A DNA stretch of 64,000 nt from an uncultured Clostridia bacterium (GCA_934182465.1 CAKPRG010000006.1:2368-66367); one strand, 5' to 3'; numbered from the stretch's first letter, positions 1 through 8,363 are shown. Notes: generated from the sequence alone by a model not told the origin. Program-made: numbers and translations.

Positions 1-832
1 CTCTATTATAAAATTTTTCAGGAACATTTATTTCAAATTGCCATTCGCCATCATATAGTTTAAAATCTTCGGATTCTACTACTTCTAAAATAGTAGAATT
101 TGAAGTTTTTTCATAGTTTGCTAAAGAATATCCAATATTAAAAATTCTTACATATATTTTTTTACTTCTAGGAAAGCCTTCAAAAGATTGAAGTGTTATC
201 GTTTTTAATACTTTTCCATCTTCTGAAATATTTTGAACTATATTTTGAGTTGCTCCTAATTGTTTTGGTTCATTTTTTGAAGGATTATACTCTATTTTTA
301 ATTCTTTGCATAATTTTTTCTTATAATCTGTTGTTACACTAGAAGAAAAAGTAGTTCTTTCAGACATATCATATATTGTATTGTTTTCATCATATATTAC
401 ATATCCAAATTCAAATGTATCAAATTTTTTCTTTTCTTCATCAATAATATCAAAATTTAATCTCATTGAATAAGAATCATCTGTTATTAATAAAGAGTCA
501 ATTTTTATTCCCAATCCTTCTTGATATATATAATCCATATTTAAATTTTCCGTATAACCATTTTCTTGTATATTATCAATTTCTACATTCGACTTTTTTA
601 TAGTTCTTTCTTGATACTCTTTATAATCTTTTTCCCAATTCTTTTTTGCATATATTGATGAAGTTCCAACCATTCCAAACATCATAATAACAAATAAAAC
701 AGCAGCCGTGTTAATTATTTTATTTATGACATATTTTTTATGTTGAATTTTAGCAAAAATTTCACTATAAATTTCTTCTTTATTGTCATATCTTTTCATA
801 ATGTACTCATTTAAAATATTATTTCTAGACAT
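1..832 (-). CDS. Partial CDS (C-terminus off window): single-pass membrane protein, putative anti-sigma partner
   Basis: My own minus-strand translation from the ATG at 832 gives MSRNNILNEYIMKRYDNKEEIYSEIF...INTAAVLFVIMMFGMVGTSSIYA (one TM helix), then stays open to position 1. Its start overlaps the sigma-factor stop by 8 nt. Confidence 0.5.
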   Translation of the reverse strand, partial: MSRNNILNEYIMKRYDNKEEIYSEIFAKIQHKKYVINKIINTAAVLFVIMMFGMVGTSSIYAKKNWEKDYKEYQERTIKKSNVEIDNIQENGYTENLNMDYIYQEGLGIKIDSLLITDDSYSMRLNFDIIDEEKKKFDTFEFGYVIYDENNTIYDMSERTTFSSSVTTDYKKKLCKELKIEYNPSKNEPKQLGATQNIVQNISEDGKVLKTITLQSFEGFPRSKKIYVRIFNIGYSLANYEKTSNSTILEVVESEDFKLYDGEWQFEINVPEKFYNR

Positions 833-1361
833 TTATATCACTCTCCTTTTCAAAGATTTTTCGCAATTCTTTTACTGTTCTATAAATATAGCTTTTAATT
901 GTTGATTCATTTAATTGCATATCTTTAGCAATATCTATTATTTTCATATCTAAATGATAATAGCAATAAAAAATTTTTTGAATTTTTATATCTTTACTTT
1001 CTATATAATTCCAAATTTTTTCGACATTTTCTTTAGTAATAAATTCTAATTCAAGATTTATATCTTCTTTAATAATAGTTTCATTAATAATTTCTTCATT
1101 TTGATATAAAACAATATTATTATGAATAGATTTATCTTTATAATATTTTTTCATAATATTTTTTGCGATTCCTATTACATAGGCTTTATTGTACTGTATA
1201 TGTTTGTTTTTACAAACACTTTTATAAACTTCTAAATAAGTATCTTGTATTAAATCTTTAATATCATCTAGATTTTCAGAATGTAGCATTATATATTTTA
1301 TTGTGTTTTCATAAGTTTGATTATATATTTCATCAAATTTTTTTAAAAATTTATTATTCAT
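825..1361 (-). CDS. Sigma-70 family (ECF-like) RNA polymerase sigma factor
   Basis: 178 aa with a region-2-like segment DLIQDTYLEVYKSV and a C-terminal region-4 HTH LNESTIKSYIYRTVKELRKIF. Translationally coupled to the downstream membrane ORF. Confidence 0.7.
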   Translation of the reverse strand: MNNKFLKKFDEIYNQTYENTIKYIMLHSENLDDIKDLIQDTYLEVYKSVCKNKHIQYNKAYVIGIAKNIMKKYYKDKSIHNNIVLYQNEEIINETIIKEDINLELEFITKENVEKIWNYIESKDIKIQKIFYCYYHLDMKIIDIAKDMQLNESTIKSYIYRTVKELRKIFEKESDINV

Positions 1362-1399
1362 CTACCCTTCTCCTTCATATATATTAATTAGTCAAAATA

Positions 1400-2098
1400 T
1401 TAATTTTTTATTTTTTTTAGAATTGCTAAAATAACTACACTCACACCAAATTTTGAAAAATTATAATCTTTTAAATATTCATTAAGTTTTGATTCCTTAT
1501 TATTATAATACATCATATCTGTTGCATATCTTATAGCAGATTTTATATTATTCCAAGTTTGATTATATTTTTTTGCAACTTTAGGGTAAATATCTTTTTC
1601 TAAATTGTATTCGTAATTACTATCTAAAGTATATGTAATATATATACTTTCAACTAAATATTTACTTCCTTTATGTAAAAAATCATAACCTAAATAATTT
1701 AATTCATTTATTATTCTTTTTTTAATCATATCTTCTATTAATATTTCATTTTGTTGCTTTTTATTAATTAAATTATTAATATTATAATTAATTTTGTTGA
1801 AGTCGTCAGTTTTAGATATTATACCTAAAATGTATGAGTTATTTATTAACTCTGGCGTTATACAATTATCTTCGACTAACAATATTATTAAAACATTGTA
1901 ATCATAATCAGACATTATAAATTCTTTATAGTTTGATTTATTTATATCAACTAAAATTATATCAATATTATTTTGTGCAATATCTTTAATATTCGTAACT
2001 ATACCAGCAATTTTTAAATTTGTATTTTTTAGATTAATACAATTAAGTATGTTTATACTGTAATTCTTATCTTCTTCTACTAGCAAAATATTTACCAT
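1400..2098 (-). CDS. Spo0A-like response regulator (receiver + Spo0A_C DNA-binding domain)
   Basis: The N-terminus MVNILLVEEDK...IDIILVDINK looks like a receiver domain. The C-terminus YLGYDFLHKGSKYLVESIYI...IYPKVAKKYNQTWNNIKSAIRYATDMMY matches the Spo0A C-terminal pattern (GY.YL..AI...YP.IAKK..TT...VERAIRHAI). Confidence 0.65.
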   Translation of the reverse strand: MVNILLVEEDKNYSINILNCINLKNTNLKIAGIVTNIKDIAQNNIDIILVDINKSNYKEFIMSDYDYNVLIILLVEDNCITPELINNSYILGIISKTDDFNKINYNINNLINKKQQNEILIEDMIKKRIINELNYLGYDFLHKGSKYLVESIYITYTLDSNYEYNLEKDIYPKVAKKYNQTWNNIKSAIRYATDMMYYNNKESKLNEYLKDYNFSKFGVSVVILAILKKIKN

Positions 2099-2180
2099 AT
2101 ATCCTCCTTTCTATGTTTGTTAAATATTATTTAGCTACTTTTATATATTTAGTGATAATATTTTATAAAAAAGTTGCAAT

Positions 2181-2210
2181 TTTATATAAATTAATATTAA
2201 TTTATATAAA
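2181..2210. promoter_or_regulatory. Perfect 30-bp palindrome upstream of the Spo0A-like gene
   Basis: TTTATATAAATTAATATTAATTTATATAAA equals its own reverse complement. It sits 83 bp upstream of the start at 2098. Confidence 0.5.
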
Positions 2211-2476
2211 ATCTAGTTTCATATAGTAGATTAAAGAGGTTATTGAATATTTTTTGATTCATTATCAATAAAAAAATATGTTTCAATTTATAATATAAAA
2301 TACTGGAACAATTATAAAATACAAATACTAAAAATTTTTAACACTTATTATATTATTGATTATTTTAATACTATATATTTTCTCTTACAAGTTAAAATAT
2401 TTTATAAGTAAAAATTTAACAATAAACTTGTTACCTCTAATATCTTTATTAACTTTTTAAAGATTCCTTTTGAAGT

Positions 2477-2717
2477 TTATTTGAATCTGTAAAGCCTTTT
2501 TATATAAGCTTCTTCAATTTCAAAAGCAATTAATTCATTTCGACAAGTATCGACATTATCAAAAAGTTTAAATTGTTCGTGATTTACACTAAAAGTTCTT
2601 CTGCTGTATTTCTTCTATTTGATATTTCTTTATATTCTGCCATATTTGTTAGTGAATCGTAGAATTCTTTTTCAACTGCAGAAAACATTTTTCTTATTGT
2701 CTTTTTATCTTTCATAA
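2477..2717 (-). pseudogene. Small ORF downstream of mob, apparently frameshifted (about 85 aa if repaired)
   Basis: GGAGAA RBS then ATG at 2717 gives MKDKKTIRKMFSAVEKEFYDSLTNMAEYKEISNRRNTAEELLV*. A start-less open frame then continues in another frame: ...TFSVNHEQFKLFDNVDTCRNELIAFEIEEAYIKRLYRFK*. Confidence 0.35.
2539..2555. promoter_or_regulatory. Two 0A-box-like heptamers spaced 10 bp apart
   Basis: TTCGACA (reverse complement TGTCGAA, the canonical Spo0A box) at 2539-2545 and ATCGACA (6/7 match) at 2549-2555. Confidence 0.3.
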
Positions 2718-2729
2718 TAAAAATTCTCC

Positions 2730-3695
2730 TTACCTTAATTTATTTACAAAATCTTTTACTAATCTTTTAAGTCTATCTTTAGGAAAGTTAAATAATATAC
2801 TTACATATTCAAAAGTCTTATCAATAAAGTCGTGTAAATAACTATTTTCTTTTTCTAACCTTTCGTTTTCTTGAATAATAACATTGTTTTCTTCTTCTAA
2901 AACTATTTGTTTTTGTATAACATTATCTGTCATTATTTTAACTCTTGTATATTGTTTTGCTAAAGTATTAAACTTCTTAATTATTCTTTTATATTCTCTT
3001 TTTAATTCTGCAGTATTTTCAATATCAAGTTCTTGTTCTAAATTAATCATTTCTTTTTCGTATTTTTGCATTTCATAATTAGTAACTTTTTTTAAATCCT
3101 CAATTCTTATATGTTTATTTTCTTTAATATCTCCTCTTTCTAAATCGAAACCCGATTTAGTTATATAATTATAAAAGTTATCTTGAAGATATTTATAACT
3201 ATTTTTTCCTCTCCAAAAGTCAGTACAACAAAGTTTTTCTATATTTTTTCCACTTTTTTTATCTACTGTGTGAACAACTGGAAGATAAACCAAGTGTAAA
3301 TGAGGAGTGGATTCGTCAAGATGAACTTTAGCCGATAATATATACTGTTCTCCTAAATTTTTAAATCCACAAACAAATCTATAAGCAGATTCAAAATATC
3401 TTTTTATTTCTTGTCTTGATAATCCTACAAAAAATTCAGGACTTGCTGTTATGATATATTCACAAGCAACATTTGATATATTTTTAATTTTTCCTTTTAA
3501 ATCATATTTACTTTTTATATTTCTAAAAGCTTTTTCATAAGTAGTAGGGCATTGTTTAATTGAATAATTATCTTTTGAATTTTCTCGTTCAATATCTGTA
3601 TTAGAATAATTAGTATTTTTTCTTTCATTATGTCTATATATAACATTTAATTGTCCTAGTGTATATTTTTCATTTCTAATTATTGCATAACTCAC
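2730..3695 (-). CDS. mob: MobV-family (Mob/Pre) mobilization relaxase
   Basis: N-terminus MSYAIIRNEKYTLGQLNVIYRHNERK and the HxDE..PHxH motif HLDESTPHLHLVYLP are typical of pMV158-type Pre/Mob relaxases. The C-terminal half looks coiled-coil. Confidence 0.85.
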   Translation of the reverse strand: MSYAIIRNEKYTLGQLNVIYRHNERKNTNYSNTDIERENSKDNYSIKQCPTTYEKAFRNIKSKYDLKGKIKNISNVACEYIITASPEFFVGLSRQEIKRYFESAYRFVCGFKNLGEQYILSAKVHLDESTPHLHLVYLPVVHTVDKKSGKNIEKLCCTDFWRGKNSYKYLQDNFYNYITKSGFDLERGDIKENKHIRIEDLKKVTNYEMQKYEKEMINLEQELDIENTAELKREYKRIIKKFNTLAKQYTRVKIMTDNVIQKQIVLEEENNVIIQENERLEKENSYLHDFIDKTFEYVSILFNFPKDRLKRLVKDFVNKLR

Positions 3696-3728
3696 ATATC
3701 AACACCTATCTTTCTAAAAAGAATATAT

Positions 3729-3768
3729 ATTTAATTTAATTTAATCTAATCTTATCTTATCTTATCTT
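3729..3768. repeat. 5-bp-phased tract (ATTTA x3, ATCTA, ATCTT x4) just upstream of the mob start
   Basis: Read directly: atttaatttaatttaatctaatcttatcttatcttatctt, with strict pentanucleotide periodicity over 40 bp. Confidence 0.8.
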
Positions 3769-3859
3769 TCTTTTAGCAAATCTACGAAGTATTACTACAT
3801 TTCAAAATTCTTCTTGTTCAGTCTAAATAAGCTATAAAAAATTATTGCTATAACATACT

Positions 3860-3908
3860 AGAGGAATAAAATTCCTCTGTATGAAAAAGGGAAAATATTT
3901 CCCTTTTT
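3860..3908. other. Two adjacent perfect hairpins (candidate oriT or bidirectional terminator)
   Basis: AGAGGAAT-aaa-ATTCCTCT (3860-3878) and AAAAAGGGAAA-ata-TTTCCCTTTTT (3884-3908), about 165-210 bp upstream of mob. Confidence 0.4.
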
Positions 3909-4052
3909 AAACCCTTTTCAAGATTTTTTAAAATTTTTCATTTTTACAATGAAAATCACTTTTTTATAAATAAAAATAGTTATTTTAAAATATCTTGCTC
4001 ATAAAAATTAAATACAATATTGCTAGCAAATATCTTTTTCAATTTTTATAAG

Positions 4053-4160
4053 TATCTAAATCATTACTGATTTAGATAGGCGAGAAACCTCTGTCGGTTT
4101 CTCACACTCTTCCATCATACTAACGAAATTATATAAATAAAATTTATACAATTTTGTTAG
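4053..4160. other. Three consecutive hairpins immediately 3' of the int operon (candidate att/oriT/terminator region)
   Basis: TATCTAAATCA-ttac-TGATTTAGATA (4053-4078); GAGAAACC-tctgtc-GGTTTCTC (4082-4103), the most GC-rich spot locally; and an 18-bp imperfect stem CTAACGAAATTATATAAA/TTTATACAATTTTGTTAG (4120-4160). Confidence 0.4.
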
Positions 4161-4161
4161 T

Positions 4162-4449
4162 TTATTTTTCGTGTATTTTATCAAAGTCAGTATTTTTAGC
4201 TAGGCAAAATCCGTCTAAAAACACATCAGCTTCATTCCAAGTTTTAAAACAATTCTTATGATTTACAGAATACCAATCTTTTCTATTAGAGTTTTTATCA
4301 ACAACTGCAATAGCTTTATTATATGTATAATCACTAGAAGTTTTTAACAGTAATAACTCTAATGTTGTATCTAAAAGCATTCCAGCATTTAAACATTTTA
4401 TTCTTTCTTCAATTTCATTTCTATTCACGTTCAAACTCTTCACTTTCAT
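4162..4449 (-). CDS. Hypothetical protein, overlaps the 3' end of int by 29 nt
   Basis: 95-aa ORF at the last position of the int operon. No recognisable motif. Confidence 0.4.
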   Translation of the reverse strand: MKVKSLNVNRNEIEERIKCLNAGMLLDTTLELLLLKTSSDYTYNKAIAVVDKNSNRKDWYSVNHKNCFKTWNEADVFLDGFCLAKNTDFDKIHEK

Positions 4450-5620
4450 TTAATAAATTTTCATTTAAGAGAATATCATTATTCATATAGTATTCATTTA
4501 ATTTCTCTATTTCTTGTTCTTTGTATCTGTCAAAAATTGTTGTATATGTATTAAGAGTTACCGAAACGTCTTTATGACCTAATAATCTTTGCACAGCAAC
4601 AGCTCTCATACCTGCCTCAATACACCTTGTTCCAAAAGTATGTCTTAAACTGTGTGATGATATATCTTCAATGCCCATAGCTTTTAATATTCGTTTTAAC
4701 CTATAATTCACATTATTAGTAAACACTAAAGTATCATTTTTACTTGTAAATAATAAATTATCTTTGTTATTATCAGCTTCTTGCATTTGTTCAATGATGC
4801 TATCTCTTATAAAATCGGGAATAGGGACATCTCTTTTTCCAGAATAAGTTTTAGTTTTATTTCCAACAATTAATTTTTTATTTTTATCAACTGTTAAAGT
4901 TCTTCTTATTGAAACAATATTCTTTTGTAAATTTATATCTGTCTTTTTTAAAGCTAAAGCTTCTCCAATACGAAGTCCTAAAAACATTTGAAATAAGAAA
5001 ACATTTTTATATGGTTCTAAACTTATAGGCATACTCATTAGATAATTAGTAAAAGCTTGTTGTTCTTCTATAGTCATTGCTCTAACTTCTTTATCTTCCT
5101 TATTGCTTTTAGGTCGTATAACATCAGCCATAGGATTCTTTATAATATAACCTTTCTTTTGTGCGATAGAATAAGCACTATATATTAATTCATGTATTTT
5201 TGATATATACGAATTACTATAATCTCTAAGGGAATTCATATAGTTTTGAATTTCGTCACTATTTAGCTCATCAATATTTCGAGTTGCTAAATCCCATTTT
5301 TCTATTTTCTTTAAAGTTCTTAATAATCTGTTATATTGATTACCACCTATTAAACCTAAATCAAATTTTCTTTCAATATTAGACTTTATTAAAAGATTAA
5401 GTGGAATTCCGTTGTTATTATTGTATAAAATATTTTCTTTTTGATATTTTAAAGCTGTTAAAAAATCTTTAGCTTCATCTTGAGATTTTAAACATTTACA
5501 CTTTCTTTGTTTTTTTAATGTTGTAGGATTTACTACATAATACCAACACTCCCAATAATCTCTATTTTTATTATAATAAATAGCGCCATCTTCGTTTTTA
5601 CTTGGGCGACCTTTTTTCAT
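4421..5620 (-). CDS. int: Tyrosine-type site-specific integrase
   Basis: Catalytic pattern LGLRIGEALAL (R), HSLRHTFGTR (HxxR) and LLGHKDVSVTLNTYTT (H...Y). N-terminal SAM-like/arm-binding region. Confidence 0.9.
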   Translation of the reverse strand: MKKGRPSKNEDGAIYYNKNRDYWECWYYVVNPTTLKKQRKCKCLKSQDEAKDFLTALKYQKENILYNNNNGIPLNLLIKSNIERKFDLGLIGGNQYNRLLRTLKKIEKWDLATRNIDELNSDEIQNYMNSLRDYSNSYISKIHELIYSAYSIAQKKGYIIKNPMADVIRPKSNKEDKEVRAMTIEEQQAFTNYLMSMPISLEPYKNVFLFQMFLGLRIGEALALKKTDINLQKNIVSIRRTLTVDKNKKLIVGNKTKTYSGKRDVPIPDFIRDSIIEQMQEADNNKDNLLFTSKNDTLVFTNNVNYRLKRILKAMGIEDISSHSLRHTFGTRCIEAGMRAVAVQRLLGHKDVSVTLNTYTTIFDRYKEQEIEKLNEYYMNNDILLNENLLNESEEFERE

Positions 5621-5630
5621 AAAATCACCT

Positions 5631-5915
5631 CTAATCTTTTCTTTCCATTTTCCAAATTAAATATGGTAATAACATTACTTGATATTTTTTACCAACTTTA
5701 ATTGCGGGAAAATCATTTCTATTAAATGTTTTATACACTGCAGATTCTGATATTTTCAAATCTTTCATAACATCTCTAACAGTTAGCATTATAAATGGGT
5801 TAGTTACTTTTTTCATAGAATCTAAAGTCATTAATTGTTTTTGATTGTATTTTTGTTCATCTTCTGCAAGTATTTCATTTAATAATTTATTTGTAATTTC
5901 TTCTATCTTTTCCAT
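5631..5915 (-). CDS. xis: Excisionase-type HTH DNA-binding protein (HTH_17-like)
   Basis: MLTVRDVMKDLKISESAVYKTFNRNDFPAIKVGKKYQV fits the excisionase-family HTH. It lies directly upstream of int. Confidence 0.6.
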   Translation of the reverse strand: MEKIEEITNKLLNEILAEDEQKYNQKQLMTLDSMKKVTNPFIMLTVRDVMKDLKISESAVYKTFNRNDFPAIKVGKKYQVMLLPYLIWKMERKD

Positions 5916-5926
5916 ACATTTACCAT

Positions 5927-6238
5927 TTATCTTTCTTTATCTTCTTCAAAATTTTTAGAAGTATCTCGTTCTCTAAAAATAATGTCGTATTTTCCGTTAT
6001 TACAATTAAAACTATCTCTAAACTTGTCCGTTACAATTTCTAGTAATGCAATATATTCTTCAAAAGTTAGTTTTTTATCTGTAAATAATTTTTCTTTTAA
6101 GTCTTTCTTTAAGATGTTTTTATTTGTACTTTCACAATATTTTTGATGAAACCAAAAATCACAATAATCTTCTTCATATAAAAAAACTTCATCTTCATCA
6201 AAATCAAAACTTTTAAATAAATTTTTAAATAAACTCAT
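5927..6238 (-). CDS. Hypothetical protein
   Basis: 103-aa ORF tightly packed in the int operon. Confidence 0.4.
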   Translation of the reverse strand: MSLFKNLFKSFDFDEDEVFLYEEDYCDFWFHQKYCESTNKNILKKDLKEKLFTDKKLTFEEYIALLEIVTDKFRDSFNCNNGKYDIIFRERDTSKNFEEDKER

Positions 6239-6247
6239 AAAATTTCC

Positions 6248-6412
6248 TCACTTTTCATAATCATTTTTAGACCACTCAACATATTTTCCATCTCGTGAAA
6301 AATGTGTAGTTTCTTTTCTATATTTTTTTAATACTGTTTTATATTCGATATACACTTCATTAATCAAAATTTGAATTTCTGTTTTTTCATAAATCTTTTT
6401 TTCTTTATTCAT
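6248..6412 (-). CDS. Small hypothetical protein (54 aa), below the ORF-track size cutoff
   Basis: My own translation: MNKEKKIYEKTEIQILINEVYIEYKTVLKKYRKETTHFSRDGKYVEWSKNDYEK*. Its ATG at 6412 overlaps the stop of the upstream ORF (6405). Confidence 0.4.
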   Translation of the reverse strand: MNKEKKIYEKTEIQILINEVYIEYKTVLKKYRKETTHFSRDGKYVEWSKNDYEK

Positions 6413-7154
6413 TAGAAGAATCTTCCATAGTACTTTTTACAAAATCTAATATAATAAATACAATTTTTAAAATCATATTTAATGTTTCTTCATCAGAAAG
6501 CTTAATTACTGAGGAAGTGGATTCATTTGTTGTGCTTTGCTGATTTGTGTCTAATTTTGTATTCTCATTTGATGTAGAAGTGTTAATTGCTTTATTATTA
6601 GCTTTTACTTTTTCTAATCTTAATTGACTTTCAAAAAAGTTATTATCAATATTTAATGTTTGTGTCATATTATTTATATTAGGAAAAAGAGGAGAATTTT
6701 TTTCTTCTTGTTTTGATATTGAAGTTTTATTTTGTTCAAAATTCTCATTATTCTTATTTCCAAATATTTTTTTATTTCTTTTAGAACGAGGAATATATCT
6801 TCCTTTTTTTTCAAAGTTTTTATAGTTAAATGATTCTCTTATAAAAAATTCTGTAATTTTAAAAGCTTGTTCTTTTGTAATACTCTTAAATTTATTTTCA
6901 TTATCTTTGTTTACTGTAAATAATGTTCCTCTTAATGTAGTTCCTAATTTAGAAAATTTATCAGCATAAACATTGGGTAATAAATTTTTGCAATCTTTTC
7001 TATAAATAACAACATAGTTGTCATAATCAAAAGTTGCTATTTCTCCACCAACTAATTTTTCTAAACTTTCTTTTGTATTTAAAACTTTTAATAAGTCTGG
7101 ATTTTTGCCGACTTCTTTATAAACCCCAATTAAAAATTCGTTACTAGTTTTCAT
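6405..7154 (-). CDS. Hypothetical protein: structured N-terminal domain plus a low-complexity N/S/T-rich tail
   Basis: 249-aa ORF overlapping both neighbours. The N-terminal ~100 aa (VGGEIATFDYDNYVVIYRKD...) resembles domains seen in conjugative or phage elements, but I cannot name the family with confidence. Confidence 0.45.
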   Translation of the reverse strand: MKTSNEFLIGVYKEVGKNPDLLKVLNTKESLEKLVGGEIATFDYDNYVVIYRKDCKNLLPNVYADKFSKLGTTLRGTLFTVNKDNENKFKSITKEQAFKITEFFIRESFNYKNFEKKGRYIPRSKRNKKIFGNKNNENFEQNKTSISKQEEKNSPLFPNINNMTQTLNIDNNFFESQLRLEKVKANNKAINTSTSNENTKLDTNQQSTTNESTSSVIKLSDEETLNMILKIVFIILDFVKSTMEDSSNE

Positions 7155-7359
7155 CTACATTACCTCCGTCATAGTCTTTTTTGATTTTGTTTTTCACATA
7201 CTCTCTATAAGCTCTACTATCAATTAAATTTTGCTTTTTCAAATCTTTTGGTGTAATTACTTTAACTTCAACTAGAAAGTCTGGCTTCATATCTTCGTGA
7301 ATTCTTTTTACTTTTGCTTTTGTATAATTTTTTCTGTAATTTTTCTTTGACATAATCAA
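7144..7359 (-). CDS. Small basic hypothetical protein, first gene of the int operon
   Basis: 71 aa, lysine-rich, overlapping the next ORF by 11 nt. Confidence 0.4.
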   Translation of the reverse strand: MIMSKKNYRKNYTKAKVKRIHEDMKPDFLVEVKVITPKDLKKQNLIDSRAYREYVKNKIKKDYDGGNVDEN

Positions 7360-7378
7360 ATACTCCTTTAAAAAATAT

Positions 7379-7394
7379 TTGATTTCCGGAAATC
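7379..7394. promoter_or_regulatory. Perfect 16-bp palindrome TGATTTCCGGAAATCA (operator candidate)
   Basis: Read directly. It lies 20 bp upstream of the first gene of the int operon. Confidence 0.5.
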
Positions 7395-7450
7395 ATTTGT
7401 TGTTCGAACTAACTTCATGATACTCTGATTGCAAGCAACAATGTATTTTT

Positions 7451-7500
7451 GTAATAAAATTTAATAATTCGTAATAACTTGTAATAATCTGTAATAATTT
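7451..7500. repeat. Five 10-bp-phased iteron-like repeats (GTAATAAnnn; the second copy is TTAATAA)
   Basis: gtaataaaat ttaataattc gtaataactt gtaataatct gtaataattt, with exact 10-bp register. Confidence 0.8.
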
Positions 7501-7583
7501 TTATTTTCATATAAGTTCTGTAACTATATTCATTTTGCATATTACATAACTCTTTTGATAGAATTTACTATAATCAAATTTAG

Positions 7584-7626
7584 ACAAAAAAATAAAGCAT
7601 TTGAGATTTTCTCAAATACTTTATTT
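7584..7626 (-). terminator. Rho-independent terminator of the XRE gene
   Basis: 16-bp stem AAATAAAGCATTTGAG/CTCAAATACTTTATTT (one mismatch), followed on the minus strand by a run of 7 T. Confidence 0.7.
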
Positions 7627-7646
7627 TTGATATTCACAATATTTTA

Positions 7647-8363
7647 TTATTCTTCAAAGTCATCTTTATTCTCTAATTCTATATACAAAATATTTTCTTG
7701 TTCAAGACACTTTTTATCTTTTTCAGATATTTTTAATTCATTTTCTATTCGTTCATCATATTCTAAATCTTCTTTTGATATTATACATTTTCTAATTGAT
7801 GGAATATACTTACCATTAGTTGAAGTTAGTGTTCCCATCATTAATCTGTCCATACTGTTTGAAATATTTAATATTATTTGTGTAACTTCTAATCTTGGAC
7901 TATTAGGCTTATAATTTTCTAAAATAAATACAGCTATATTTCCATCTGCAACTATATGTCCCGATAAATATATTTTATTTGTTCTATAATCTACAAAATC
8001 AACAAAACACATATTATCTTTTTCACTTATATTTAATTTGAATTTTCCTTTTCCAAATTTATTTGTACTTGGAAAATATGCTCTATAATATAGATATAAT
8101 GTTTTTACTCCAAATGGATTTTTACTCATATCTTTATTATTAATTTTTGTTGTAGTATTAAACAATTCATTTTCTGTTATTTCTAACTTATCACATATTA
8201 AACTAATTGTTTCTGCATCTGGTAATACATCTCCTTTTTCATATCTTACAATCATTGACTGACTTTTATTAATCATCATTGCAAGATTATCAGTACTTAA
8301 ACCTTTTGTTTTTCTTGCTTCTTTTATTTTATTACCAAATTCTTCTTTATTAAATCTTCCCAT
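7647..8363 (-). CDS. XRE-family HTH transcriptional regulator with an uncharacterised ~165-aa C-terminal domain
   Basis: HTH: FGNKIKEARKTKGLSTDNLAMMINKSQSMIVRYEKGDVLP. I prefer the ATG at 8363 (MGRFNKEE) because AAGGAG lies 7 nt upstream; the ORF-track start at 8426 lacks an RBS. Confidence 0.8.
   Translation of the reverse strand: MGRFNKEEFGNKIKEARKTKGLSTDNLAMMINKSQSMIVRYEKGDVLPDAETISLICDKLEITENELFNTTTKINNKDMSKNPFGVKTLYLYYRAYFPSTNKFGKGKFKLNISEKDNMCFVDFVDYRTNKIYLSGHIVADGNIAVFILENYKPNSPRLEVTQIILNISNSMDRLMMGTLTSTNGKYIPSIRKCIISKEDLEYDERIENELKISEKDKKCLEQENILYIELENKDDFEE

Noticed and set aside
7555-7914. 119-aa plus-strand ORF overlapping the XRE gene
   Set aside because: It is antisense to a gene with a clear HTH domain and runs through that gene's terminator hairpin. 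No RBS.
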